From contig NMRA01000161.1 in the NCBI GenBank assembly GCA_002633005.1, positions 311,049 through 375,048 of the forward strand: a stretch of DNA of 64,000 bases. The letters are read 5' to 3'. Shown in pieces: positions 37,646 through 52,400 of this stretch (positions are counted from its first letter, which is position 1; each line of letters starts with the position of its first letter). The notes below the pieces were generated by a model. It saw nothing but the letters and a program-made list of their open reading frames with translations. It did no database searches and was not told the origin of the DNA. A program made the position numbers and the translations under genes. This stretch comes from Phoronis australis. Taxonomy: Eukaryota; Animalia; Phoronida.

Positions 37646-39597
37646 TTACACTTTGAGTCAGGTATCTAGCTGCTCACCTGGGTTTTAATTATATCTAGTA
37701 GCGTAAAAACGGTTCCACTTGAGCGGCCTGGACAGGTCTGGTGAGAACTAAGTTGTACACTGTACAAGACAGCTTGCAATTATTTTTCAATGGAAACTTA
37801 AATTTTCTTGTTGGTCATTTCCTACGGAAATGCAGCTTATTACCATTACTGCAGTTTACAATAGCTATGGGTCTGTAGCAGTAAACAGGCATTCGATACC
37901 TGGAGTTTTGTTATCAGTTGACTGGCGTCCACAGTTTTCCTCTTTAGGGTTTCAGATTTGATTTTTATCTGTCATACCGGCGGCGGATCTACATATTTAG
38001 GGGCCTGTGGCCGGTTGCATGTAGCACACCCACTGAGGACTCAAATGTGTTCCCTACATTTTCAGAGAATTTGCGGTCTTGGTGCAAACACTTATTAGTC
38101 CTTCTTATGCTATGTTATCTTTATTTCTACGCTAAGTGTTAGCTTTGATACATATAGATAATACGTTGGGGTATATATACCATCGAAAGTAAATATGAAC
38201 CTTTCATCCCACCCCCACAATTTAAGCATCGTGTGTATTTTCATTGAAATAAGATTTGGTCTTCAGACATAAGCAAACAATTCGAAAATGCAGGGGAGAC
38301 CAAGGAGTGTTGAGCCATTTTTTCTTGGGTGACATTTTCATGACTATGCTGTGTTATAAAGCGATAAAGTCATCTGAAGCCAAAAGTAGCTCTGTATCGT
38401 CATCTATTTTGGTTAACAATATTTTTCAAATGGCTCAAGGAGAATTGAGCTCACAAACTCCTACACCTTTGCATATAATGGATGAGTTTTGAAGAGCAGT
38501 TACAATAGAAAAATGCTCTGTGCCTATTGTGCTTGTGAACACCTCTAAAAAGTTTGAAAATGTGTGTTTACTCGTCCGTGTTTTCATTGCTTTTGGTTAA
38601 ATTAAACCGTGGTGTATACCAATAGGAAACTCAGTCATTCCCTTTCCAACAATACCGCGATTTTCAATAAATTTTCGACAAGCCCAGTAAATTTGCTGCC
38701 AAAGAGGACTTGGTTTCAAAGTAAATGTTGTAGTTTCCCTGTTTTTGCCAAGCAGTGTAATCACCTGTGATGTACTGGTAATTAACACCGGCCCTAAACA
38801 CCAAATTTGTGAGACAGTGAATGATAGCATGGAACTCTTGCTGTTAGCAGGCTCATTATGAATCGCAATTATGCAAATTGTGTTTGGAGTGCCTAGTTTG
38901 GCGATTTCTTCAAATGCTAAAGTCCGGTGTTCTGGCTGCAGGTACATGTATGCCGCATTTGTCTAATACAAAGAAGGCCCGAGCTATTGGACATGGTTAT
39001 GCTGGTGTTTGCACAGTGTGAATCCAGCCCATAACTTGTTGCAGAGGCTGTATGTTCAAACGTATTATTGGCGTTATAATTCACTTCCCTTGAAGTTTGA
39101 AGTTTGTCCTGTTTAGAAATATGTATCGATTGTGGGCCGGAAGCCAACATTGAATCCTACAGCTCATTTTTAAATCACGCATGTAGTGAAATTCATTTGC
39201 AATAATATTTTCCGATGTATCAAGTGACGTCCATGATTAATCAGTGGTTGTTATCAAAATTCAATATGATTTTTCCAAAAACATCTATGTCCAGCATGCT
39301 GTTTAAAATGGATCCACATTAAGCGGTGTTATAAGAATTGTCATCGACGGTATGTTGTTTTGCAACAGAAATAAAAAGAGGTTAGGTAGCAATCGATAAA
39401 AACCGATCCGAATGATCTTGGAAATACTTTCGAAGTTGGGAAAACATTGTATTTTCAATACTGTCCGTCAATAACTAGACGATTTTAAGGTTATTGGACA
39501 AATAAACCAGGTCCAGAAGCTAAAAAAAATTTCGTAAATTAATATTTGAACTCTGGATTTTCGCCATCAATAAAGCATCAATTTATTTGCATTTCAG

Positions 39598-39785
39598 GAA
39601 TAGAAATCTCTGACATCCGCTGTGACTCCTACTCTATTGAACTTGAAGTCTCTGCTACCCCATCTTTCCCTGTGAAGAGACTCAGGGAAGCTACTCTAGC
39701 CGATCCTCTCTGTTCATATGTTAACGTATCTGGTAACAAAGTAGTGTTCCGAACACCTCTCGACGGTTGCTCTACTCGCCGACTG
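39598..39785 (+). CDS. CUB-ZP protein exon 5 (ZP-N)
   Basis: IRCDSYSIELEV...LADPLC...VFRTPLDGCSTRRL, the ZP-N cysteine pattern (LxDPxC, PLxxCxT). Confidence 0.9.
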
Positions 39786-40196
39786 GTAAGCATGCTTTTT
39801 GACGTACCTTGTATTCGAACTATGTAGAGGTATTCTTTTTGCCATTTTTATTTTAATTTTATTTCTTACTTGTTAGTTGCTGCTGTTGTGTTCTGGCAGA
39901 CGTGGAAACCAGAGTTCAAATATTCACGATAGATATTTTAAAAGTAGACCAATAAATTGACAAAACACCACTTTTATCGACAAATAACTGCAGCTAGAGG
40001 GAATTGTATTTGAAAATGGATCCGTGCATTTTTAGTGAGTCTTTACATTTCTCTTATCTTATAACGCATCAATAAAGATGCCGCATAATCGTAAAAACAA
40101 TAACTCTAGAATTGTAATGCTTATTACCGTTAGGTTGACCTCAATTTGTTTCTCATCTAAAGTCATGGTGAACCTTATTGACGCTTATTTAATCAA

Positions 40197-40740
40197 ATAT
40201 CCACAATTCTATAGATTTTAACTCAGTAAAACTGTATATTTTCGGAATGTGGAAAGACTGAAGAATTTGAATTTTGATTTTTTTACAAATCAGTCATTAG
40301 TTAAGACACGTGGCCATGTTGTTTTAGTAAAATTTAGCAAAAAAGAATGGTACATTGATGCCAATCAAGAGTGTCAGCAACATGATCAAATTTTATTTGA
40401 TGTAAATGCTCATGTTGAGATCTCAACACTGTTAAGTTTTCTAAAATTTGATTTCTTTTTCCTTCTATGCGTACTTGTGAACTAAATATCTACAAAACTA
40501 TAGATTTTAACTGTGTAAAATTATACATTTAAGAAAGGAGAAATCCTGAAGAGTTTGACACCTTTATCTTCCTACCAATATGTCATTAGTTTGGTGAGGG
40601 GACCTTATCTTTTTTATTAAAAATTAGCAAAAAAGAAATTTACATTGAATCAATAATCCATTCCGATTTGTTCGACGTAAATGTTAAAGGTGATATCTCA
40701 AAAATGGTGTTTAGTTTTCTAAAACATCATTTCGTTTGCG
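40197..40740 (+). repeat. Two diverged ~290-bp tandem units
   Basis: TATAGATTTTAACT at ~40210 and ~40499; AGCAAAAAAGAA at ~40336 and ~40626. Confidence 0.7.
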
Positions 40741-41288
40741 TTTCAGAAAGCTTGTGATTTTCCCATGAAAACAATACAAGACACATTTCTAAAAGAGGTA
40801 CAAAACGTGCAAAAGTGGGACATTTTAAACGTATTTGCTGACATTGTTTTAGAGAACAATGTATAAAATATAGTATCTAAAGATTCACACCAATGCGGAA
40901 AGCCATTTCTGACACGTGATGCACTGAATTTAGACAAATTTCCATGGTCATACAAAAGCATAAGTTAGAAGTCTTTCCTGAGCTTGAGAAGTCAAATTTC
41001 TGTTGCTAGACAAAACATGATGAAAGTCATTGAATTCGTCGACATAATGCGGTGAACGGAATAAGCTGGTTCCTTAAACGGACAAACCTCTTAATCTGGA
41101 TGGATCATTGCAACTTAACACATTGGTGAATTCCACAATAGCGGCTCGTAAGTGACGTATACTGTGACCCATTGTGTGCATGTTTGACTCAGTGCGTCAT
41201 TTTTGAATGACTGATAGGTCAACAGTAACAACATAGGGTAGTGTATGGCAGACTGAGAATGCATAACTATTTGATTCTGTTGTCTTAG

Positions 41289-41692
41289 GAAAGAATCGAC
41301 GCCATCATGTATGTAAATGAGTTGGTGATTCGTGAACCAAACCTTCCCGGAGCAGTGATCAATCGCCGCAAAGATCTCCATGTACAAATTCCTTTCGAAT
41401 GCATTATGCCACGTTTAGCGCACGGAGTTCAGTCTTACAAAGTAGCATACGCCGGAACTCAATCCCCCGTGATCTCAAGGGGAGAATACTCACTCAGCAT
41501 CGAGTTCTACACAGACAGCGACTACCAACATAAGGTCAGGAGCTTCCCATTCATCATTGATATCGATGACGACCTCTACATAAAGTTGCGACTCATGTCA
41601 GCTGACATGTCTCTGAAGCTTGCTCCGCGTGAATGCTGGGCCACGCCCACTGCGTCTCCGAATGGCACGAGCTACCCTCTAATTGTCAACAG
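41289..41692 (+). CDS. CUB-ZP protein exon 6 (end of ZP-N, start of ZP-C)
   Basis: MYVNEL...IPFECIMP...LYIKLRL...LKLAPRECWATP...YPLIVN; CWATP and YxLI are ZP-C hallmarks; phase 0/2. Confidence 0.92.
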
Positions 41693-43243
41693 GTACAACG
41701 CAAGTTTTCACAAGCAACTGAGGAAAATCAGTTGTTTTGTGAAAGCAAAATGAACTGCTCCATTGACTTAGTAATTATCGGTATTTCTTGAACGTAACCG
41801 ATTGCCATACAAAATGACAAAAATGTCGTTTTCATGCATTTTTTGAAAGTTTTTATACCACCAGTGAGCTCGATTGGTAATGATAAAGTTCATGTACTTC
41901 TCTTAAAATCTTAGGCGTTAACGTGAATGATAGAAAAAGTAACTCCTCATCCAATAAACCACTTTTGACGTTCCACACAAAATACAGAAAAACAAAGTCA
42001 AATACTGGATACCTGAATTTATCCCATACACGTTGAATCTTTAGAGGAAAATATGGCCATGTAATAAAGTTTTCCGTATTTACCTCCCGCACTACTTCAA
42101 CAGTGACCTGTGACATGGAAAGTTCAAAAGGTAGGGCAATGTCGACTCGACGTCATTAGCCGGTTAGATCATCAAACTTTCGGAAGATTGTTTAAAGTAA
42201 AACAATTGCAGCAGTGTAAATAACACTCAACATGCAATCAGGTCTCAGTTGTAACATCTGGAACAGGACTGTTAATTACGTAACAGTTTTATCTCACTTT
42301 TCATTTGCTAAATACATGTACTATATCGTCTGCAACTCAGGCGCCGAGTCCTCGGTAACTACAATATCAAATAATGTTTTTATACTGTATAACTATTTTC
42401 AGGAGATGTTACAAGTTCAGTGCAAAGTTGCCCTTGTTTTCATTTCTGTTTTCTCTTTTCAAGAAATAAATCGTTACATTGAAAACTGCTTCTTTTGCTA
42501 GAGAAAACTTGCTGCCTAACGCGCAAGCACATACATGTACAAATAGGACGTGATCCGTCATGTTAACAGTCTAATCTGTGAAAAAAGTGAAAGAAACTTA
42601 GGAATTCGAAGCGTATGGGATAAATACAAAACGTACCTCGATTGGCATAGATGAAGTAATATCCCACGCCACTCTCGGTAAGTTTTGTGTACGTGTATGT
42701 GATTACTTGGGTTATCGACTCACGGACTTCAGCTTGGCTAGTTTTGTCGTCATTGTTATGGCCAATAGCTGGCGGTTATCCAGACGAGACGGCGTCTAGG
42801 TCAGGACACTATCACATAATTGTGGCAGATGGAACACTGCAGACTGGCTCTCGATGCGTTGATGGAGGGCTTCTTTGGCACGCCTTCTGAACCAATCCTC
42901 CTCATATTCTACGACAGTGCCATCATCAGTATTAAAATCGTGTCCTACTGAAGTCCGTGAGAGACGGACGCAACGTCCCTATCAAGTAACCAAACTCCAA
43001 TTGACTCAGTTTCTGTTACCTCAACCAGATTATCAAAACTCTCATGCTTTTGTCCCATGACACACATTCTATCACCACACAAGTACAATGTATCTACAAC
43101 ATAACTGAATTAAAGGTTTAGTCAGCAGAACATATATTTTGACATGATTTGTACGTGATAATGATTTGAACGATCAGTCTTTATGAAAATTGGTTTAATT
43201 GTATTATGGAAATACACATTAGATATAGTCTGTGTGTTTTTAG

Positions 43244-43497
43244 ATGCATATCTGACCCAACGGTGTCAATCAACCTGGCCGAATCTAACATCAACGAGTA
43301 CAGATTCTCTCTGCATTCTTTTGAGTTTATGGGCTCCAGTGACGTCTTTATCCATTGCACTGCTATTGTGTGTGATCTGCGTGATGTGGACGGTGGATGC
43401 CGCCGAAGTTGCGACCGGAGTAGAAGACGACGATCGACTCAGCTGTTTAAGGATAGGGTTGAACTTCTCCAAGGACCGCTGGTATTGCTCTACGATG
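43244..43497 (+). CDS. CUB-ZP protein exon 7 (end of ZP-C, furin site, external hydrophobic patch)
   Basis: CISDPTV...YRFSLHSFEF...VFIHCTAIVC...CRRSCDRSRRRRS...LLQGPLVL. Donor gtaagc follows 43497; read-through stops at 43520. Confidence 0.9.
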
Positions 43498-46400
43498 GTA
43501 AGCTAATAGAAAAATCCTAGACACATTATATAAGAACATTTCCCCTTTTTCTTGGTTACATTACTCAATTTTTCCGTCCAAATCCTGTAGTCTGCAACGC
43601 CAACGTGAACAATTTTTATAAACTGGACAAATATCCGTGGATGTGTGATCTGAAATGCTGTGCCTTCCCAGCAAAACGTGCCTGGTTTCAAAAACTAGAT
43701 CACGCGATTTCTTATCTCCATGACAAAAAAGAGATCTATCGCAGTCTTGTCGCTGGTTCCCTTCGTGTCCGCTAAGGGGTAGAGTACACGCCGGTATCAT
43801 TTAATTTTCCTCGAAAAATTTCTACACCGGCGTTTCAGATGGGCACGTTGAATAGCGGATTTGCAGCGCAGACGAACTACGCATTGCGCATGTGCGAGTT
43901 ACTTCCTTCGCGAAGGCTCATGGGATAGCTTGTGGTCAGGAATGTCTTGAGCAGGCTGGATAGTGTGTGCATTTGGAGTGATTTGCAAACTAAAAGCCAT
44001 GTTTCATTTTTTGCTTTATAATACCAAGCAAGTCCTCTCTCTCGTTTGTAAACACAGCGTAGCTATGATCAGTGACCGTGTGACCGAGAGCACGACTGTC
44101 GCCGTGTTCAGTATTGGGGTTATCGGCGTTGATTTCGAAATCTCTTCCTATTTCAGACAAGTTGAGAGTTCTTGGGTTGCTTAACTTTTGTAGCTTTCGC
44201 CGTGTATATGCTAGAGACGTTAATTTTAAGTGGAAACTCCGTCGGAATGTTGTTCTCATAAGTCTTTTTTCCACCAGGAAAATGTTCGCTGCACACACGA
44301 TGGCCCCTAGGCAATTACATCGCACTGGATGCCGCAGGCATTCAGGGGCGATAGTACATCCTCACAAAAAGTTACTCATTTCAAAATACAGCAAATANAT
44401 TGTCGCCTGTGTAATTTTCATAGCTGTTGTACTTAACCGTCACTAGATGAATGATCATCGTCTGTGAACTTTTTAAGATAGACAAGAGATTGATTTACAA
44501 CGAAACGATCTTTAATAATATTGACTCTATTTGCAGTGAAAATTATAAAAACTCCAAATCGATTTCATCATAATTTTTGTTAATTCTTTTGAAAACCTCC
44601 GTTGTTTGTCCGATGTTCGATACAAACAGCTACGCTAATTATCTATCACGCTGACTGAATAAATTAATGTAAAGACTCAAAAAGCTTCAATTTAATTCAG
44701 CCAATATTTTATAAGCTTTGAAGACATCGTTAATGCTGCAATTTCCATGTACAACACGCAAAGATCTTAGTTAAAAATTGGTGATATCAAGGGCGGCAGT
44801 AAATATTAGGAATTACAAGGTGAATACATATGTTTAATGTACAGACATGAATATTTTTGGAGGAGGGGAATAGTGAAACATTATTAAGCTTTCGGCTTAC
44901 CAAGATTAGACGAGTGAGGGTCGGGTCACAAGAAAAAATAAATTCCAAACCATAGCTGTTGTATTGCAGCGACAGGTGGGATGTTGTAATAAGCCACGCA
45001 CCGTAAATATTTTCTTACTTTTTGGTACCGCAAATATTACCTCGGGCGTAAACACTGAAATCTGAAGGGAAAGTGCGTCAACGACACTAACACGGTGGTG
45101 TTTAGGGTATCGGTGGTACGGTTTGTTTAATTTACTTTTCGATTCGCCAAAATGTCCTGAAAAAACATTGCGCTGATAATCATAAAGCCTTTTTGTTGGA
45201 CATACAGTGTGTTTTTCACAAATACTAAAGGCCGGTTAGTTGTGACTACTAAGCAGGCCCGAAGGTCATTATTCTGAAAAAATTAGAGCATAGTCTCATG
45301 GGTTCATACTTACAGGGATCTATTCGCGGAAGCCCTATTATCCTCATAACACCATTTCAACGGCTGCCCGATCACTGGGGGGTCTACGGGGGGTTCAGGT
45401 GTTTTAAACCCTCCTTGGAGTAGGACCAAATAAAACATCGCCAACAAACACAAAAACGGCACCGCCAGCGTGTGTGAACTCCAAGTGAACCACCTCGAAA
45501 AAAATGAGAGGGGTTTCACCCTGAAAATATAATTTGATTGCATTGCAATTTGCTATAATCACGATAGATAGATCCATCGCGAATTTTCTTTTTTACGTAA
45601 CTAGGGTCTTTTCTCTAAGATATTTTTTGATTTGATTAGGGACAACACTGTGGTACAGCAACCCTGATATTCAGGCGAATCGACGGGCAACGTTTTACTT
45701 CATCTGTCATGCATTGCCATGCTGTTACACTCCTGTGACCATGTAACTTGAATTTCGCTGGTGTAAAATGAAGTTGTCTTGCGCAGTAATCATACAGTGT
45801 ATATTTAATGTATTTCTTTAAAAAACAACTCGAAGAAGAATTGCTGTCGTGGCGGGCGCTGTGGTCAGGTCGCAAGCCCGTTTCAAGATACACCTCAGAA
45901 AATTAAGCATATACCGGGAATGAACCCGGGGAAGGTGGCACTCATATTGACAAGGTGACCGCATTTGCCAGCAGTGTAGAGTAACAAAAATGGGGCTATT
46001 CGGAGAATTCTCCTCGCGGTGTCGCTGCTGTACTAGTGGTGATTGAATTGCGCATGCGTGGCTGTCTGCATGTAAACAACTGGTAAAGATGGAATTTTTA
46101 TCAGAATACGTCGTCGCGCTAAGCCTTATTACTGATAATTTCCCTGGTGCAAGTCTTCGACAGTTGGCCACAAATTCCCAAAAGACATAAGGTTACTATA
46201 TTCGTGAACAATTGCGGTCAACAGGGTCAACTAACTGACAAAAAGTGTGTGGATGCTGAAGCCCCGTGTGCGCTCTATGACTATGCAGTTCCATTCGGAG
46301 AAACCACATTACTTGGTAAGTTTTTAGCAATCAGTTTCTATCAACATCGTTCGGTGATGTTATCCACACCAGTTGCCCCACTGAATAACAGTTTTATTGA

Positions 46401-49400
46401 GTGGAACTAAGTGTTTCTTTTTGGAAACTCACACGATGAAGGGTAGGCTAGCAGCACATATTCATATTGTCCTGGGTGGGAGTGATCCCAAAATAAGAGG
46501 TGTATGGTACGTCATGCACAGAAGTCAAGAGTGACTTTTTCACAGCAGCTTCTCTTCAAAACTATGCTGTTTCCAAGAAAATTCTCTAGATGAGTGAGTT
46601 TCCTTATTTTATCGTGGACCCCACCCCCAAGACCACCAGCTCAGTTATCGAATTAACATGAATAAACCTTAATTCCGTAAATGTCGTAACATTGCATTGG
46701 AAAAAAATTGACACCTAGAATGAATTTTACTTGTTGAGATCAGAAGCACATTTTAAGTGTCATGAAAAATACACATTGTTAAATCACAATAGCCTGTTTC
46801 ACATATTTTAATTCAGATATTAAATAAGACTTGGGTACAAAGGTTATTAGTTTCTACACATAAACATGAAGATGAAATGTCAAGTATGATCTGCCTTACA
46901 AAGGTAGTTTTGTCTTGTATTTTCTTTTACAATTTGCTAATATTTCTATTCTGTTACAGGCGAGAAAAAACAACTGAAACCAACCGCCTGACCATCTATT
47001 TCTCCGTTGGACAAAGTGAAAAGCAATCCTTCAGCAATAACTTGAGAGAATTGAACGTAATTCAGAAATTCGGCACCTGATATGCCTGATTATGGACTCC
47101 CTCGCAATGTTGTTTCTTTCTGTGCTTTTTCAGATTGCCATTTGTTTTTAAATACACTGATAATTTTTTATTCTCGAATCTTGTGCATAGCAGATTCTTA
47201 TCCAGCTAGCTACAATTGACAATAAGACAATCAATGCAGTCACTGAATGTCATTTCCCCATAAGCTGTACCAAATTAAAAAGTTTTTACCAATAGTATAA
47301 AGCCTTTCTTCTGAAAGGAAAATTTAATGTCACTCAGCTTTTGGCTTTCATTTCACTGGGTCCTAGTTTCAATGGCTTATAGAAGCGCTTGTTTCAACAC
47401 GTGGCTTTCTTTCAGGTAACCTCATTCAGCCTCAATAACATCCACAATTAGACCCTTGAAGGTAAACACAGCAGCATATCACTTGAATCGTTTTGAGCCC
47501 AAAATCAGACTCTGAACTAGACCAGAGTGTGACTAGGTCTTCTTTCGCTTCAGTCCCTCATGTTTCTTCCAGGAAAGGAAATAAGCTATTGTCCACACAT
47601 GACTCATTGCCTATGAAAGGGCATCCTCACCAACAAGGCTTATTTGTGTAGCAGTCAGATATACATGTAGTTCGTCTGGATACGCAGACTTCCACTGGCA
47701 CATTGTCATATGGTAACTTAGTACTGCCATTCACATTTCTCCAGGGCCACTGACTTGCACATTGTGCCATGCAGCACTGCTGGTGTGTGGAAATGCTGTG
47801 GGAAGAGAACGGAGTAACAAAGCTTGTCTATGATACAGCTTGAAGTGGCCTTAAAATGTCACTGAACCTGGAACAAATATTGAAATATGAATAATTACTC
47901 CAGATTGGATAAAAAATGTTATCCCTGTTTTTCAAATATATATGGTGATTGGTCTACAGTTTCACATAAAAGAAAATAATTACTATTTTCAGAAACCAAG
48001 GGTGTATATAATGAGTATTGCATAAAACTGTGTCTTTATTTTTGTTCCCTAGCCATAACAATTCTTTAAACGCATCACTTGTCTGTAAATTATACAAGTT
48101 TTTTGAGACAACTTCAAACCTTTGTTACCCATTTTCAAGCCTTTTTAATTTTAATACTTTCAGCAATTTTAAACTCAGATTACAGGTTCATGGGTCTGTC
48201 AAGCATACTTCTAGCCTAAGGTTGAGGGAACCGTTTTTCTTCTAATAGAAGATATAAAGATTTGGGTCATTTAAAAATGATGGATAATCTTTCTGTTGTT
48301 TAAGAGTAATTACAAATCGTAAGGCACCATCAATAATGTAATTTTCACAAAAATGGCAGTCATTTGAATTTATAACGACTTGCAACATTTCAAGGCATGA
48401 GTTAAGACTATTCAGCCACTGTGAATTCGGAAAATGTAATATATTTTCGAGGTTTTACAATTGATACAAGTAGCAAAACAGTTACATGAAATCAACTTGA
48501 AGGGACTTCGTGAAGGTTTAGAATTACCTCACCCTGCTCTTTTCCCCAAACATTTATTACCTGTTATTTCCACACATTCAGTTGTACCAAATATTACAAC
48601 CCCCAATGCCAATCCCCCTCGGGACCTGAATAAGTAATTTAACAAAATGACTTTAAAAATAGCTGTTCTTTTCAAAGGCTTTGTTCGTTGTCTCCAATAT
48701 TGAAAGTCGGCTTTGACAACAGATCTGCATTGGATGGGAAGATCTTGTTGGTTAGCAGCAGTCGAATGCTAAAAACCAATTTTTGTCCATTCATGGACGG
48801 TGCAGAAGCGATGCATATCTCCTCTGCACGGTACAAGCCTGTGTGTGTCGTCAGCTTATACTCTGGTGGCATTACTGCGTCATTTAATCTTCACTTGAGA
48901 ATGAAACAAGTATGTTTCGAAAGATCATGTGTCTTTTAATTATGTCGCTAGGTCAGCTACTGCATCTATGTTCAGTTGAGAGTAGAGTTTTGTTCCGAAA
49001 GTACTAACGCAACGGAATAAAGACTGTGAACAATGAAAAGTGTTGTGCATTTAAAAAATTCTGTATAACCGAAAAATTGCTCCCGAAGTAATGTCAGTAC
49101 AGTAAGTACAACAGAAAAACAATGGATATACCTTTTTAGACAACCTCTCACATCAGTTAACCACTAGGTTTTCAAAAGACAACAGGCTGGTTGAAGCTGT
49201 CATTTCTTATGCCATTAGTGAATAGCAGGATGAGGTATGCAGACTTAGGCTCACTGGAGGATCGGCTACATTTCCAGGACAAAGACTTGTCATCACCAGA
49301 TTCCCTGAAGGTGACTGACCCCTTTCTGACTATCGCATTTTGAATAAAAAGCTGTGTCTTCTGTTAAATTACCTATTAGCAATGACGGACTCTGAAAACT

Positions 49401-49424
49401 AGCTCAGGTGTATCTTGTTTAGCC

Positions 49425-49488
49425 AGAGCGAACTTTTAAACCATACAATGACTACAGAGCGAACTTTTAAACCATACAATGACTACAG
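49425..49488 (+). repeat. ~31-bp perfect tandem duplication
   Basis: AGCGAACTTTTAAACCATACAATGACTACAG occurs twice. Confidence 0.9.
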
Positions 49489-52400
49489 TGCAGCAAATCA
49501 TTAAGAAAACTCATCCAATATAAACTGTAAGACCAATTCAACAATTCAGCAGTCTGTTTCATGCCTAAGAACACACCAGCCAAATTTCAATAAGATCCTG
49601 CACGGTATTTACGAGATACAGCCACTGACGCTCAGGCAGGGTTGTTGGCAATGTGCACCCAAATGTAAATATGTATCACTATATTTGCCAGAGAATCTGT
49701 TATCATACAACAAAAAGAGTGCCTTCTCCTACTAGCTTTTGTAAAAATCGTTTAGCTCACAAGTGTCAACTTAGTATGGTACATAATGCTACCCCAACAC
49801 TTGTATTTTTTATTTCCTGCAACTCATTCACTCAACAAGTGACGGGAAGTCACATTGCTTTGATTTACTATCCAAACAGAAAAATAGAAAAAATATCATG
49901 TTCCAGTATGTGATAGTAACAAAATGAGTATTTTGTGGGCGGCGCAGCACTAAAACAAGTGGGGCTATATCCCCCCCCCTCTATGGTATGCCGTCTGTGT
50001 ATTTAGATGTCATTCTAACTCGTACAGAATTTCTGCAGTATAACTGAGGTGATCAAGTAGCAACGGGTCAGTAAAATTGGCCATAATTGTTATTCCTTTC
50101 ATTTTGTTCTGAGCTCACATGAATTGCTTGTCTAGTGCCTTTTCATCACATAATTTAATTGAGGCGTCAGGTACCTTATTTCAACACAGATAATTTTTAA
50201 ATGTGTTGAATGTTTTGTGGATGGAACCCCCACTTTTCTCTCCAGGCAGTCCTTTATTCCGAATCTGGTTTCTCTGAAAAGTTTTAGGACATCGTCCTCC
50301 AGTAGATGCTGCTAAACTGAAATGCGAGAATCAGAGAATTGTACAACTTTAATATTTCAAGTATTTTGGATACACAAGTGAGCATTGTGTATTTGTTCAA
50401 TAGACAAGTACATGTAATTGCTGTAGGACAGGCTAGTGTTATCCAAAATACACTGTACCAATCCCACAGGCGACGCAAATTTCTAGAGTTCAATATCAGT
50501 AATCAGCATTGTCTTTTATTTAGCCTATGGTTTCAAAAACATCTCCACTGGAGGTTCTTACATATGGTTCAAAAATATGCTATGAACTGGTCAGGTGTGA
50601 CCTACTTTTTAACATTTTGTAGGGCCTGCGAATCGCACTGGAAGTGCCCATTCAGCTAACGACTGTCTTACAAATAAACAATTGAAACTTGTTGTTAAAG
50701 CAGTAGATTTCCTTTGCCAGTCCGAGGGTGCAAATAGCTTACGGGTAAAATCCTGCCTAATACTCTGCCCTGCCCCCCCCCCCCCTGCTGCCCCTGAGTA
50801 GTACTACATGGGCAGCACATTATAGCCTGATAGTGGGCTGGGGGAGGTTATAGCCTCGCTCTTTCGGTCCTACTCCACCCATATACTATTAGATCGTATC
50901 ATGGCATCATAAAACATCAGAAAGTAGCCAAAAGACCATGTGGGAAAACAAAACACTCATAACAAGAAGGATTTCATCATTTACGCAACAAAAACTCTTT
51001 GTAACAACTTTATTTTGTGATACCGTTGGACTTCCGAGTCAACGTAGCCGCTCGTGGCGCAGACATGCGGCATTTTATTGAACTAACGACTGCTGTTTGA
51101 AAAGTGCCAATGTGCAGCAGTTTGACAGAATTTCTGAAAATGAAATGATCGTCAATTAAAAGACTGATAAAATCTATACCTAAACATAGGGGGGCATATT
51201 GCGCAACTGTAAAAACATCTCCCAACCAATCAAATTTAGGCATTCCGGACGATCGAAAGCTCGCCATGAGAAGTTGGCTTGTGTTCCAGAAAACAAATTG
51301 AGGAGGTGCACACGCATCTAAACCATACCCTGTCCAAATTTCATGTTTGTAATCGAGAGTACATGTATAATGCCATTTGGGTTTTAGGAACAAGAGGCAC
51401 TTTTCCGAAAGTTGATCAAAAGGTATGTCGGAATCCTGATACCTGACCCATATTGAATAATATTTTTTGATTGAATTTAAAACGTTCAATTGACTACAAA
51501 TCCTTATAATTAGACATGTTTTTATGCAATCCAGACTTTTGTTCATAGTTTTAATTTATTGCAGATACTCAGCTTAAGTTTGTGTTGCTATCAAATTTTC
51601 AATAATTTGAAGCTGACCAAGTCAAAATGGCTGCTACTATGGGTTGCAGAATTTCAAGGCAGATTATTTTGGAAATTAAGTTTCTAATATAAAATTTTCA
51701 ATGAATTTGAACATAATTTTTTGTACGAAAAGATCAAGCTAATATGTGTTGTTTCACGTATTTTGCACCAAATTAAACGGCCCATTGTCGCCGATTCCAG
51801 TATGGCGAACACACTCAACAGCGGCCCGGTTTGGAGACGCGCAGCATTCACAACTTCGGCTTCAAAAAGACATGAATGCAACGTTCCTAACATGAAAGTT
51901 TTTGTATCAAGCAAGTTACACTTTATAATAAACATTGTGAAAATTGCCTGATAACAATTCTGACAAAACGTTTTTTGGACTGTTTCGACGACCCCAGTCA
52001 CTCTCCTGGGGATTCCCATGCGGTCCCGTATTAGAATGTGGGCTAGATAATTGAACAAAACAATCTAAAGGAAATGATTTTGATCAATTTTCATATTAAC
52101 TGATATGGAATGAACAATTAATGTGTTTTTCCGATTTTCCAATAAATTAAACTGCCAGTCATCGCTGATTCCAATACAATGGTGACACGATGAAAGCCAA
52201 ATTCGTTGTAACGATGATTTCATAGACTTCGATTGTTGCAATGGCTATCTCAAGTTTTTTGTTGGCGCTAAATGGGGTTGGTGATGGGGCTACTGTATTG
52301 TAAAAGCCTACTTAATTAATGACTGGGGTATGCCGTATGTTGGTTTTTGTCACCAAAATACGTACTTTAGATATCACAATAGTCATTTTGGCACCATATT

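Noticed and set aside
42740-43060. Possible CR1/L2 LINE 3' remnant
   Set aside because: Only a vague resemblance spread across several frames; not supportable by eye.
45820-47080. Candidate terminal or TM exons for the ZP gene (donor at ~46316, acceptor at ~46959)
   Set aside because: No hydrophobic segment in a phase-compatible frame.
47390-49380. Possible decayed spliced gene or transposase on the minus strand
   Set aside because: Splice-like signals exist, but all frames I read have stops and no motif I can identify. It needs tBLASTx against repeat libraries.
51010-52058. 178-aa and 124-aa minus-strand ORFs
   Set aside because: No recognisable domains; they lie in sequence typical of non-autonomous repeats and are probably chance ORFs.
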